From Lama guanicoe (taxonomy: Eukaryota): a stretch of 64,000 nucleotides of DNA. The number at the start of each line of letters is the position of its first letter. Position 1 is the first letter of the stretch. This document shows positions 24,698 to 36,900 of the stretch, piece after piece. The notes under the pieces are model-generated. The model made no database searches, was not told where the DNA came from, and saw only the letters and a program-made list of their open reading frames with translations. The translations under genes and the position numbers were made by a program. The stretch spans positions 62,001 to 126,000 of the forward strand of contig MU053304.1 in assembly GCA_013239625.1 (NCBI GenBank), written 5' to 3'.

Positions 24698-26679
24698 ATC
24701 TAGGTGATTCTTTCACTTCTTTACTGTACTGGCTTATTTGTTTCTTGAATTGCATGTCTTTTGATTTACTCTTTCATTTTGGTGAAGTACATCTTCTGGT
24801 AGCTTCCTGAGAAAGGGTATATGAGAGGTACTTTTTTTTTTTTTTTAAGACCTTGCATGTCTGAAAATGTCCTTTCCTACTCTCACATTTTATTGATAGC
24901 TTAGCTGGGTATAGTATTTTAGCATAGAAGTCAGTGTTTCAGAAATTAGAGAGCTTTTGCTTCACCATCATCTAGCTTCTAGGGTTATAAAAGAAAAGTC
25001 TTAAGTCATTCTGAGTTCTGATAGACTGTATGTGACTCTTTTTCCTTCTTAGAGCCTATAGGATCTTTCCTTTGTCCTCAGTGTTCTGAGATTTTGTGAT
25101 GATGTAGCTTGGTGATTTTGCATCTCCATTACTGTGCTGGGCAGTGGACTCTTTCAGTCTGGAAAGTCACATCCTCCAGCAATAGGACATTTCCCTGAAT
25201 TATTTTGTAGATCATTTCTTCTTCTTTTTCTCTGCTCTCTATCTCTTGAATGTTCACTGAACAGATGTTGGATATCTTGGACTGGTCCTCTACTTTTCTT
25301 GTCTTTTCTAGCTCATTCTGGGACAATTCCTCAACTTTATCTTATAATCTGAAACTTGAGTCTTCAATTCTTCCATCATGTTTTTAATTTCATGTTGTCA
25401 ATTTAATTTTTAGAAAGAACTCCTCCCCCTCACTGATGTTTCTTTTTTAAAATATCTAGATCTTGTAACATAGATACTTTCTTTGAAAAGAAATTCTCTG
25501 AGGATATAAAAGATAGTTTCTTTTCCTAGTATTGTCTGTTTTGTTCTAGTTGCTTTTCTGTTTGCTTTGGTTTTTCTATTTCATATTAGAGGCTTTTCTC
25601 TTGGTTATCTCTTTGACACAGGAAAGTGAAAGACTAAAAGGTTGATTTTTAGTGAATTCCTAAAAAGCTCTGCCTGTGTGGGTGAAACTTACTGTCTGCA
25701 AGGTTTACTGTACGGAAATACAGCTGAGCTGTTGGTTGGGAAATCCTTGAGGTTATTATCTTTAAAGCTTTTTCCCCACTCAGATTCCTCAGAGAAAGAT
25801 TTTCCTATCTTCCGACTCAAGGGTATAGGCTTGGCTACCAGAATTCTGAGGTTGGCTGGGGAAAGAAAGCTGGGACTCTTAACATTTGCTACGCCAGCAT
25901 TCATTCAACCTCTCTGCAGGGGTCATTACCACAACTGTGCTTGGTGTCCCCTAGTTCAGACATCCTCTACTTTATCCTGTCCAGAGGGTAAATTTCTGAT
26001 CTTCACTAAGTTATGGAAGGGGCAATCTTTTAAAATAATCTTTCAACTAATACACTTAGTCTCCTCCTCATCCACCTCTCCCTCTTTACAGAGTTACCTG
26101 CAACTGTCCATTTCTGAATCTCTTTAGGGTTCTGCTGTGTAAACTGGGTTGTTTCTTGGCTTTCTCTTGTGCTGGCTCAGGATCCAGCTTTCTTAGGACT
26201 GCTAAGTCAGTTACCACTCATCCATCTGCTTCCCAGCTTCCAAAACTTTGTTGCTGTTGTCTCCTCTCCCATTCTCTTTGTCCTTGTGGGTTTATGTCTT
26301 AAAAAAAAAAATCTCTTCACTGTTGTTTTAGTGAGGTTTTGGGAGGGAATGAAAGTGAATGTGGGTATTTGATCCTCCATCCTTATTTGGAACCTCTTTA
26401 TAATTAAATATCTTTTTTTTAACTTCCATTTAATATTACAGCATAAACATTTCCCATGTTCTTACCTGGTCTTTGTAACAACTTTAGTAGTTGTGTAACA
26501 TTCCACTGAGTTGGTACCATAGCTTATCTAATTGTTATCCTATTTTTGGAAGTTTTGAGTTGTTTCTGTTTTGGGGGAGGGGACTAGCTTTTCGGGAGTC
26601 ACCTTGCATCTGTCTCATTTATTCCCTATATTTAAGGAACAGCTGCTGGCATTCTTCTCCTCTCTGTTCTCAGTCCATG

Positions 26680-27195
26680 GTTACATCACCTTGTGCCTTG
26701 ATTATAGCACTACCTTGTGCAAATGTAATTCATCTTCAAATGGCACAATAATGCAGCACTAATCTTTCTAAAATGCCACCTTTCTCATGACTGGGGACTT
26801 TGAGGGTCCCCATGGTTTGAGTCCATCCCACCTCTCCAAACTTGCCCCTGTTTCCCCAAATGTCCTCCTTCAAACAGGGCCTGCTCTCCCAACCGTGGCC
26901 CAGGCTGCTCCTCCTGCCCATGCCGATCCATACTCACCTTCACTTCCACCCTTTCTCCTGCACTAGGCCTCCCCCACGTGACTTTGTTCCTGTAGTTTCC
27001 TCCTTCACCTAATAACACTGAGAACTGCTGAGGCTCAGTCTTACCTTCTAAGTGGACGGACAGCTCTTTAGAGGCAGGGGCTCTCACATACTCTTCTCTG
27101 AGGCGCTGCCCTTCTACCACCCTCATCCTACCACCATGGGGCTCCAGCCCAGTGCCAGGAACATAGTGGGTGCTTGACAGGGATTGACTGAATGC
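26680..27195 (+). mobile_element. LINE-2 3' fragment ending close to the exon-12 donor site
   Basis: L2 3' end cccagtgccaggaacatagtgggtgcttgac...tgactgaatg. Confidence 0.6.
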
Positions 27196-27220
27196 AAGGG
27201 ACCCATGTGTAAGTTGTTAC

Positions 27221-27328
27221 CTTGCCCTCTGGAGTTAGCGTCCAGATCACGGAGAAGGTCAGCTTGTCTGTCATGGGATTGAGGCTGCACAGCTCCTCAC
27301 ACAGCAGCCTGGGCAACATGGGGACTAC
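27221..27328 (-). CDS. DIS3L2: DIS3L2 coding exon (human exon 12 equivalent), 108 bp, [36 protein letters not shown]
   Basis: Acceptor tctctgttacag|GTA, donor AAG|gtaaca. Contains the RNB motif PMLP..L...LCSLNP. Phase 0-0. Confidence 0.97.
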
Positions 27329-28323
27329 CTGTAACAGAGAACAGGCCCATGAGTGCCTTTCCAAACTGCAGGAACTAACCAGAGGCTTAGAAGCAGCCCA
27401 CAGGGCAGAGCAAGGTGAAGATGGAGGAAGCTCTTCTCCTCAAAGATTCTGCAGAAAGACCACACTAATCTTTTGATTTTCCATGAGCCTTTAGGGTCAA
27501 ATGGAAATGGGAACTGGAAAGGGAAGAAGAACTGGTAACAGAGGAAAAAATATATTACAGCAATGAAAAATAACAACATTTTACTATTCACTAAAATTGA
27601 ATCTCTAGACTCAAGAATGACTTGTACTTTTGGATATAACTATTCCAGCTGAAGTACACACTTAACAACTCAATGTCTTACATTTAAGTCTTTAATTAAT
27701 TTCAGGTTAATTTTTGTGTATGTTTTAAGTTAGGGGTCCAGCTTCATTCTTTTGCATGTGGTTATCCAGTTTTCCCAACACCATTTACTGAAAAGACAAT
27801 TCTTTCCCCATTGTGTACTCTTGGCATCCTTGTCAAAGATTAGCTGACCATGTATAAGTAGGTTTAATTCTGGGCTGTCTATTCTGTTCCATTGGTCTAT
27901 GTGTTTGTTTTTACACTGGTACCATATTGCTTTGATTATTATAGGTTTGTATTACAGTTTGAAATCAGAAATGTGATGTCTCCAGTTTTGTTCTTCTGTC
28001 TCAAGATTGCTTTGGCTAGTCAGGGTCTTTTGTGGTTCCATATGAATTTTAGGAGAGCTTTTTTCTATTTTTGTGAAAAATGCTATTGGAATTTTGATAG
28101 GGATTACATTGAATCTGTAGATCACTTTGGGTGGTATGGACATTTTAACAATATTAATTCTTCCAAACCAAGGACACAGGATATTTTCCTATGTATTTGT
28201 GCCTTCATCAATTGTTTTTCACCAATGTCTTAAAGTTTTCATTGTATAGGTCTTTCACCTTCTTGGTTAAATTCCCAAGTATTTTATTGTTTTTGATGTT
28301 ACTGTGAGTGGGACTGTTTTCTT

Positions 28324-28463
28324 TTTTCTCTTCTTTTTCGATTTTTTTAATCTTGGGGGGAGGTAATTAGGTTTGTTTTTTTTTTAAATGGAGGTACTGG
28401 AGATTGAACCTAGGACCTCACACATGCTAAGCATGTACTCTACCACTGAGCTATACCCTCCCA
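28324..28463 (-). mobile_element. tRNA-derived SINE (Vic-1-like, long-tail form) nested in L1
   Basis: Reverse complement reads gggagggtatagctcagtggtagagtacatgcttagcatg...ggttcaatc. TSD ggactgttttctt (28311-28323) / ggaccgttttctt (28464-28476). Confidence 0.88.
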
Positions 28464-29108
28464 GGACCGTTTTCTTAATTTCTACATCATTTCTCATCTG
28501 TTAGGATGGCTATGGTCAAAAAGACAAGAGATAACAAATGTTGGCAAGGATGTGGAGAAAAGGGAACCCTTGCACATTATCAGATGAAATGTAAATCAGT
28601 ACAGCCATTATTGAGGTTCCTCAAAAAATTAAAAAACAGAACTACCATATAAGCCAGCAGTCCCATTTCTGGGTATATATCCAAAGGAATCAGAATAGGT
28701 ACTTTGAAGAGACAGCTGTACTTCTATGTTAACTGCAGTATTATTCACAATAGCCAAGACATGGAAACAACTGAAGTGTCTGTTGAGAGTTGAATGAATA
28801 AAGAAAATGAGATACACATACAGAGGAATATTATTTAGCCATAAAAAATTCTGCCACTGTGACAACATGGATGAACCTGGAGGGCATCATGCTAAGTGAA
28901 GTAAGCCTGACAGAAAAACAGAAATACTGTATGTGTCACTTATATGTGGAATCTTAAAAAAATAAAAAGCCAATTTCATAAGAACAGAGAGTAGAAAGGT
29001 GGCTGCCAGGGGCTGGGGAAAAGGAGATGGAAGGATAGAGGTCAAATACTTTTATATACTTTCAGTTATAAGATTAATAAATTCTGAGGATCTAAAGTAC
29101 AGCTTGGT

Positions 29109-29181
29109 ACTATTTACGATTGTCAAGATATGGAAGCAACCTAAATGTCCATCATCAGATGAATGGATAAAGATGTCGTAT

Positions 29182-29222
<41 letters not shown>

Positions 29223-29717
29223 GGACTATTACTCAGCCATAAAAAAGAATGAAATAATGCCATTTGCAGCAACATGGATGGACCTGGAGACTATCATATC
29301 AAATGAAGTAAGTCATAACAGAGAAAGACAAATATCATATAATATCACTTATATGTGGAATCTTATAAAAATGATACAAATGAAATTATTTATAAACCAG
29401 ATATACTCAAAGACATAGAAAACAAACTATGATTACCAAAGGGGAAAGGTTTGAGGGAGGGAAGATGTAGGGGGAAAGGGATAAATTAGGAGTTTGGGAT
29501 TAATATTTACACACTACTACATATAAAGTAGATAAACAACAAGGACACACTCTATAGCACAGGGAACTATATTCATTATCTTCTAATAAGCTATAATGGA
29601 AAAGAATCTGGAAAAGAATATATGTATGTATATGTATAACTGAATCACTTTGCTGTACATCTGAAACTAACACAACATTGTAAATCAACTATACCTCAGT
29701 AAAAGTAAATTTTAAAA
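29109..29717 (+). mobile_element. Younger L1 3' fragment nested in the 3'UTR of the older L1
   Basis: IWKQPKCPS / FAATWMDLE-type text. TSD aaagtacagcttggt (29094-29108) / aaagtacggcatggt (29718-29732). Confidence 0.85.
29185..29220. repeat. (CA)18 microsatellite
   Basis: Perfect dinucleotide run read directly. Confidence 0.97.
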
Positions 29718-30084
29718 AAAGTACGGCATGGTGACTCCAGTTAATAACAGGGTACTGTATACTTGAAATTTGCTGAAGTAAATCTTAAGTGTTCTCAGCA
29801 CTGACACACAGATGTGTTAAATATCCTGATCATGGCAATCATTTTACAGTGTGTATGTATATTAAATCACCACATTGTACATTTTAAAAATACACAATTA
29901 TATTTGTCAATGATTCCTCAATAAAGCTGTAGAAAATAAAAGAACCCAAGGGCTGAGTGTAAACTTGTGACAGGATTTCATCAAAGCAAAATTGCTGACT
30001 CACTGCCTCAGTAATTGAAAATACCACAGCTGACCAAATTACATGCTGGAACATTAACTGACTACTCCAATAAAGTATCACTGA

Positions 30085-30422
30085 TGGGGGAGAAGGGGGA
30101 AATTGGTGAAGGTAGTCAAAAGGTACAAACTTCCAGTTATAAGACAAATAAATACTAGGGATGTAATCTACAACATGATAAATATAATTAACACTGCTGT
30201 ACATTATATATGAAAGTTGTTAGGAAAGTAAATCCTAAGAATTCTTACCACAAAGAAAAAATATTTTTTCTCTTTCTGTAACGCTGTATCTATATGAGAT
30301 GATGGATGGTTACTAAGTATTGTTGTAATCATTTCATAATATAAGTCAAATCATTATGCTGTACATCTTGAACATATATAGTTCCATAGGTCAGTTACAT
30401 CTCAATAAAACTGAAAGACAAA
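30085..30422 (+). mobile_element. L1MA-like 3' UTR fragment
   Basis: aaggtacaaacttccagttataag...ctcaataaaactg. Possible decayed TSD aaagtatcactga / aaaaaatcaccga. Confidence 0.75.
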
Positions 30423-31229
30423 AATCACCGAAAGGTTCTGGTTCTAAAGGATCTAAAGCCTGGTTCTCCACATGAACACTGAGGTAGTTACTCATTTTAG
30501 TTTTTTAAGCCTAAATTATTTCTTCCTTTTATTGATTTTTCTATCCCATAATAAACTGATTCAGCAGTATTACTTCTTTAATTTAAAAAAAAAAGAAAGG
30601 AATCCTCTTCAACTTACTTTCAAGTGATGACTTACAGATATCCCAGAATGTTATTTGTTTTCTCTAAAATTCCAAAGACAAAATGAGTAGCTCTACTTGA
30701 TGTCCTGAAGATCCTTCAGACACTCTCCCTCCTACCTTTAAATCTGTTCCTTCCCCTATACTTTTCTTGATTGATGTCATCATCATCCACCCCACCTCCT
30801 AAAGTATAAACGGCAGCATTAACAGGCATTTATTTAACACATACTTACTGTGGACCTCCTTGACTGGCAGTGTTAAGCGTGGGTAGCACTGTAACCCTGT
30901 GCTAAGTAACTGAGTAGTAATAATAAAGCGGCAACTATGCACTCGTTGAGGTAGTTGGCTGGTTAAGTTTCTTCATCAGCAAAAGCTAAACAAACCCCAG
31001 TGGTTTCTTACTGTGCGCGGTATCCATACTTGCGCTCGCCTTTAGTACAGTAAATAACCTTCGGTATGGAAAAGTAAATTCTAGAACTCATGGCTCACAC
31101 CAGTAACAAATAGTTAATCATTACATGGCATTACTTGGAGTTACTCTGAAGGATGCGGTATCTTTTTTATGTAAAACTTAGTGACCACCTGAAAATGTCT
31201 GATAACAGCTTTTATAAGACAACCACTCC

Positions 31230-31312
31230 TTTTTTTTTTTTTAAATTGAAGTACAGTCAGTTTACAATGTTGTGTCAGTTTCTGGTTGGTGTACATCATA
31301 ATGCTTCAGTAT
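31230..31312 (-). mobile_element. Very short young L1 3' end
   Basis: Poly(T) followed by aattgaagtacagtcagtttacaatgttgtgtcagtttctgg, the reverse complement of the L1 tail seen at 49250-49290. Confidence 0.8.
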
Positions 31313-31565
31313 GGCACATACTCTTGAAAAATTTTTCTTGCCATTGCTTTTGTATCATCTGTTCAGATGACGCTCTATTTTCTTCGTTAACTTGTTTAAG
31401 GAATATTCAAATGTGATCTAAATATTTAACATTTGCTTGCATGTATCAAGCGTTTGACGAAATAATACATCTTTACTCACATAAACATATCGTAAAAATG
31501 GAGACATTTTCAATACCATACTGTCTCATGATTGAACTGTAAAGATTTCATATAATTTCAGCCTT

Positions 31566-31925
31566 GGGACTAGACTGAACTGTGTCCCCCCACAATTCCT
31601 ACACTGAAGCCCTAACCCTCAATGTGACTGTATTTGGAGGTGGGGTCTTTTAAGTGGTAATTAAGGTTAAATGAGGTCAGTAGGGTGGGGCCTTGCTCTG
31701 ATAAAGAAGGATAACTACCCCCTCTCCTTGTCCTGCACACACACCGAAAAAAGGCCATGTGAGGATACAGCCCTGTACAAGCCAGGAAGACAGTCCTCAC
31801 TAGGAACTGAATTGGCCGGCACCTTCATCTGGGACTTCTAGCCTCAGAACTAGAAAAAAATTTTTTTTGTTGTTTAAGCTCCCAGTCTATGGTATATTGT
31901 ATGACAGCCCAAGCTGAGTCAGACA
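31566..31925 (+). mobile_element. MLT1A/B-like MaLR solo LTR
   Basis: actgaactgtgtcccccc...aatgtgactgtatttggag...aaggttaaatgaggtca...cccagtctatggtat. Confidence 0.8.
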
Positions 31926-32183
31926 GAATAAATCAAGTTTGTTGGGTATGCATTGTTGGATTCTTCTCTGGGCTGCATTACCAGATAATTATACCAGCTG
32001 CATTTGGTAGCAGGCTGCTCACTCTGCATGCTTCTAGTCCAGGGCTTAATACCTCTTTTTTTTTTTTTTTCACAGATAGTATTTCTTCGAAGTGTTCAAG
32101 GCAGTATCTTATTTTCAATCATAAGGCTGAGCATCTGAGAATGTAACATAATTCCTGACTTTATGTTTTAGTGTTTGTGAAAA

Positions 32184-32452
32184 AAAAGTTATTGCAACTA
32201 AATGCAATGTGGTAGCCTGGCCTAGACCTTGGAACAGAAAGATAATTGGTGGAAAAACTGGCGAAATCCAAATAAAGTATGGATTTAGTTAATAGCAATG
32301 TTCCAATGTCAACTTCTTAGTTATGACAAATGTACCATGTAATGTAAGATGTTAGCAAGGGGGGAGCTGGGTGTGGGGTATACAGGACGTCTTTGTACAT
32401 TCTTTGCAACTTTCCTGTAAATTTATTACAAAATAAAAGAGCTATTAAAAAG
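32184..32452 (+). mobile_element. L1MC-like 3' end
   Basis: caactaaatgcaatgtgg...ttatgacaaatgtaccatg...ttgcaactttcctgtaaa. Confidence 0.7.
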
Positions 32453-33217
32453 AAAGTCACTGATTTCATTACTTGATCTCACAATGGTTATATATTTAAA
32501 TATAGAAGAAATTTATGCTAATGAAATACAATCTGATCTGTTTTTACATATTGGAGTTTGGGGTTAAGATTTTATTTGTAAAAAGGTCTTTGCCACTGAA
32601 AAAACAAAAAGTCTAAAGACCATTAACCAATAAAGTGAAGCCCAAACTCATCAGCAGCACAATGTGGGAAAAAGAGCAAGGTTTTAAAGCCAGACAAACT
32701 TGGGGGTCTGATCCTGGGCCCACCACTTCCTGTGCAATTTGGGGGAAGCTAGTATAATTCTCTGGGTCTTGGTTTTCTTATTAGTAAAACAATACTGAAG
32801 ATGCTCAATAAAAGTCAGCTCACTGGCCATCTCACGGTTCATCAGGTCCTTTGGTCCCTGGCTCAGCCTTCCCCTTCAGCCTTTGCCCTGGTGCTCCCCT
32901 CCCGCAGGTAACCAGAGCCACACAGGCCTGTTCACTGCACAAGCTCTTGCACACATTGTTCCTCTTTCTGGAGTAGCTTTCTGGATGTTTGCATCAGGCC
33001 AACTTTCGCACATCCTTTAAGATTCAGCTCATCAGCATCTCTAAACTGCTTATCCAGATTCCCCCAGGTGGGGTATGTGTACTGTGTTTTGTGTACTTCT
33101 TCTCACCCACCCTTGTTCTTTCAAAAAGGACTTGGGGCAGTCCCAAACAGTCACTGCATTCTCCCTGCTCTTTCAGGACACTTCTAAAACTCTTACACTC
33201 ATCCTAATTACTTCTTT

Positions 33218-33979
33218 TTTAAAAAACACTTTTATTGTGATATGGTTCCTGTACAGTAAACTACACATATTTCAGATGTACAACTTAATGAATTCTGATA
33301 GATGTGTACACCCATGAAACCACCACCACAATCAAGACAATTAACATTTCCATCACTCCCCAAGAGGTGCAATTTTTGAATTTCCAATTTATCTCTTCCC
33401 ACCCACTTTACCCCCTGGTAACCATAAGTTTGTTCTCTATGTCTGTGAGTCTGTTTCTGTTTTGTAGATGAGTTTTGTGCACTTTTTTTTTTTTAAAGAT
33501 TCCACATACAAGCAATGTCATACTGTATTTCTCTTTCTCTTTCTGACTTACTTCACTTGGAATGACAATCTCTAGGTCCTTCCACGTTGCTGCAAATGTC
33601 ATTATTTTATTATTTTTATGGCTGAGCAGTATTCCATTGTATATATATACACCACATTTTTTCAATCCAGTCATCTGTCAATGGACACTTGGGTTGTTTC
33701 CATGTCTTGGCTGTTGTAAATAGTGCTGCTATGAACACTGGGGTGCAAGTGTCTTTTTGAATTACATCTTCCTCCAGATATATGCACAGTAGTGGGATTG
33801 CTGGATCATATGGTAAGTCTATTTTTAGTTTTTTGAGGAGTTTCCATACTATCCTCTACAGTGGCTGCACCAATTTACATTCCCAATAGTGTAGGAGGGT
33901 TCCTTTTTCTCCACACCCTCCTTCAGCATTTATCGTTTGTGGACTTTTTAATGATGGCCATTCTCACTGGTGTGAGGTG
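33218..33979 (-). mobile_element. Chimeric L1 insertion: young-type body (33979 to ~33368) joined to an old L1M-type 3' end (~33367 to 33218)
   Basis: TSD atcctaattacttcttt (33201-33217) / atcctaattgcttcttt (33980-33996) encloses both parts. Confidence 0.75.
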
Positions 33980-36900
33980 ATCCTAATTGCTTCTTTATGT
34001 GTCTCTCCTCTCCACGAGACCATGGAATCTTCAGGAATGAGCATTATTTCCATCTCTCTATACAGCACCTGACCCACAGCAGACACTTCAAGTTTACAAA
34101 TGAATGGCTGACTTTTACCCAGAAAACAAATCACCTATCTTTTTCTGTGTTTACTGCTTACTACATCACATAAAGCATTTTATGAAATATATGGTAGATT
34201 TCTATTTAAACATTTTTACATAAGAATTTCATAGGCAGCTAGTATTTTAAGGATAAAATAAACTGTTTTGGCTATTCTCTCCTAAAAACGATTGGCACAC
34301 TCAGTGGCTGCTCGGATTATAAACATTGCTTGGTATCCTGTATCTTACACAGAAGAAAACATTTTAATATTCACACTGCAAGGGTCGGATGTCAAAGAAT
34401 CTATGAGCTTATGAAAAAGCTAAACATTAAAACTTTGGGGGTAGTATAATTTTTAAAGAGCTTTCCTTTTAATAAACTTTCACTAGATCTTGGGGCAGGA
34501 TTCTGAGAAAATAGTACATAAAACATAAAGATAAACTTTATGTCCATATAGTTTTGTAAAGAAACGTTTATTTCTCTGTCTTTCAAAGGAATAGGAATAA
34601 AAATGTTACAGGTACATCTGTGGTTTGGCATGCAGGGCCTCTCATAAATTGGGCCTGATTTCTGCCGATGTCACTGAGAATGTACCCCATGACTCATGGC
34701 TTATGTGTCAAGTCCATAGCACAGCAGAGATTCCCATGGGACAGGGGCCAGAGAGACAGGCAGCCGCTCTCGAGGCAGGAGTCATAAGTACAGAACACAA
34801 TGTATAACTGGAAGAGAGAAGCCAGGTCTCAGCAGCAGCTGAAAAACTGCTGGCTATCACCAGCACCATGTGAATGCTTTTGCATCCCCCACTCCCTGGA
34901 GAGTTCTCCCCAGCTGTGCCCTGTCTTGCCCTCATTAGCTTCACTACTTGGTGTGGACCTCATGGATAGTTCCTTTGAAGTTCTCAAACTCGCTCACTTT
35001 CACTGTCCCAACTCTACAGACTCCACAATCACTCTTACAATCTGTCTTTCCTGCTTTTGCAACTCATGGTTGTGCAGTGATGGAGAAAACCACCAGACAT
35101 TGTGGAGGTGTGCCACTAAACCAGACAGTGGAGGCTGGCAGTCCCTTCACCCACCTTTGGTTAGTTTCTTTCTATGTGAACTTCAGACTCTATTCCAAAA
35201 CTTTATTACTCTCTTCAAACTTCCTACCCAACTGCCTCCTTCCTCATTCTCAGCAGAAAACGTCAACTCTTCTCAGAAAAAACTGAGAAGCGTCAGACTC
35301 AACCCCACCCAAGCTTCCTTCCAGCCCTTTCCTTCAGCTGTTTCTCCCAACCACGTCTCTGCTAACTTTACACGTGTGCTCAGTCCCGTGATATGCACGT
35401 GTCCTCCAATCCAAAGCCGGGCCTTCTGCCTGTGCTTTTGATCCACTGCCTCCCTGCCAAAGCACTTCTCAGTTAGCTATCTGCTCTGCTGGTCTTTATC
35501 TTTCCTGTAGACACAACTACAAGGTCAGTCCGCTGTCTTATGAACAACGCACCCTCCCCTCCCCAGTCCAGATCTCCTCCTCCCCTCTCACACGTGGCTC
35601 TCACAATAGTGTATGCTTCCTATTTTCTTCCTCATCTTCCTTTCACTTTTCAACCCAACGTGACATTTTAAAATTACAAAAATTACATGTTCATTGTAGA
35701 AATTTTAGATAACAAATTAAAACATAAGCATGTAAAGACTTTGAGGCCCCATGTCTTAGAATAAACAATGTTAGCATGCTGGGAGAACTTTCGTCTTTTT
35801 TCTGTGTAAAAGATTACACACTATAAACATGCAGGCAGGTTTTGAACACGCAGAACTAGTGGGCTCTCCCAGACCCTCCTCTGCGCTGGTCCTTACCGGG
35901 CTCCTTCCCTCAGCTGGCTCCTCAGATGCCCTCTGCACTTGGCTCTCCTTTCTTCTCACTGCACATTGTCCCCGGGGATGTCCTCCACTCCTGGGACTGT
36001 ACCACCACTGATACATGGGTCTGTCTACACCTGCACTTTTAGCCCTGCCTGTCCTTGTAATTCTAGATCCCTCTGTTATACTGCCATCTGGGCACCTTGG
36101 TTTGGATGTCCCATGCATACTTCAAGCTTTGCAGGCAGAAGACAAAGTCCAGCGTTTTCCTCCCCACATTGGCTATGTCTACCTTTTCTATCTCTAAGAA
36201 CAGCACTCTGTCTTTAGTTAAGTAAGCAAGCAAAAACAAAATCACCACCATACACACACACACCCGCACACGTACCCAACAGAACAATACTGGGTGTTAT
36301 CTCTTGATTCCTTTATTCTCCTCTCTCTGCCACCCTCAATCAGTTCCTGAGTCCCGTAGGTTTCACCTTCTAGATCTCTCTCAAATGAGTTTTTTCCTCT
36401 TCCACTGTTTGATAATCTCCTAAGCCAGCAGCAGAGTTCTAGAGTGGAAATTATTCTGGATAAAATTTCCTTATTACTCTCCAGATTCTTGCATCTTCTT
36501 ACTGAATTCTACCCAGTGATAATCTGCAATCCCATTTATATTAGGACACATTGCCTTTATCTTCCCCAATAGTTGATGATCTGAATTCGGTAATTTGGCT
36601 TTTTGCTTGTCCTGCTAATGAGGGAAGGCCCAAAGATCTTCAGTGGGGCCAAGAGGTCTTCAGTACAGCCTGGACCCTCCATGTTCAGTGGTCAAGAAGT
36701 CTCAAGGGGAAGCTGGCAGAGGGCCTTCAGATCCCATCTGGAAGGTGACAGCAAAGATAACAGTGGGAAGCTAACTTCCCCCATTTGCTCAGACCTGTTC
36801 TTTGTCATGTGTCATGGATTGCTAGACTGGGAGGGGATGCATTCTGGGGGCAAATGTGTGATGCTCCTTGTTCAGGATGTCCATTCTGGCACCAGGCAGA

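Larger units (their letters stand above)
22020..26380 (-). mobile_element. Ancient L1M(E)-like relic, interrupted by several younger elements
   Basis: T-rich degenerate antisense L1 ORF1/5' text (ccttgcatgtctgaaaatgtc, gatagcttagctgggtatagtatttt). Boundaries approximate. Confidence 0.55.
27676..29939 (+). mobile_element. 5'-inverted L1 (L1MA-like): antisense ORF2 segment ~27676-28483, sense ORF2 end and 3'UTR ~28484-29939
   Basis: Minus ORF 27952-28143 is L1 ORF2 ([16 protein letters not shown]). Orientation switches near 28484. Possible decayed TSD aacaactcaatg / aagaacccaagg. Confidence 0.8.

Noticed and set aside
34800..35441. Longest ORF (213 aa) as a nested gene
   Set aside because: No recognisable domain, and it lies in pyrimidine-rich, L2-like decayed sequence.
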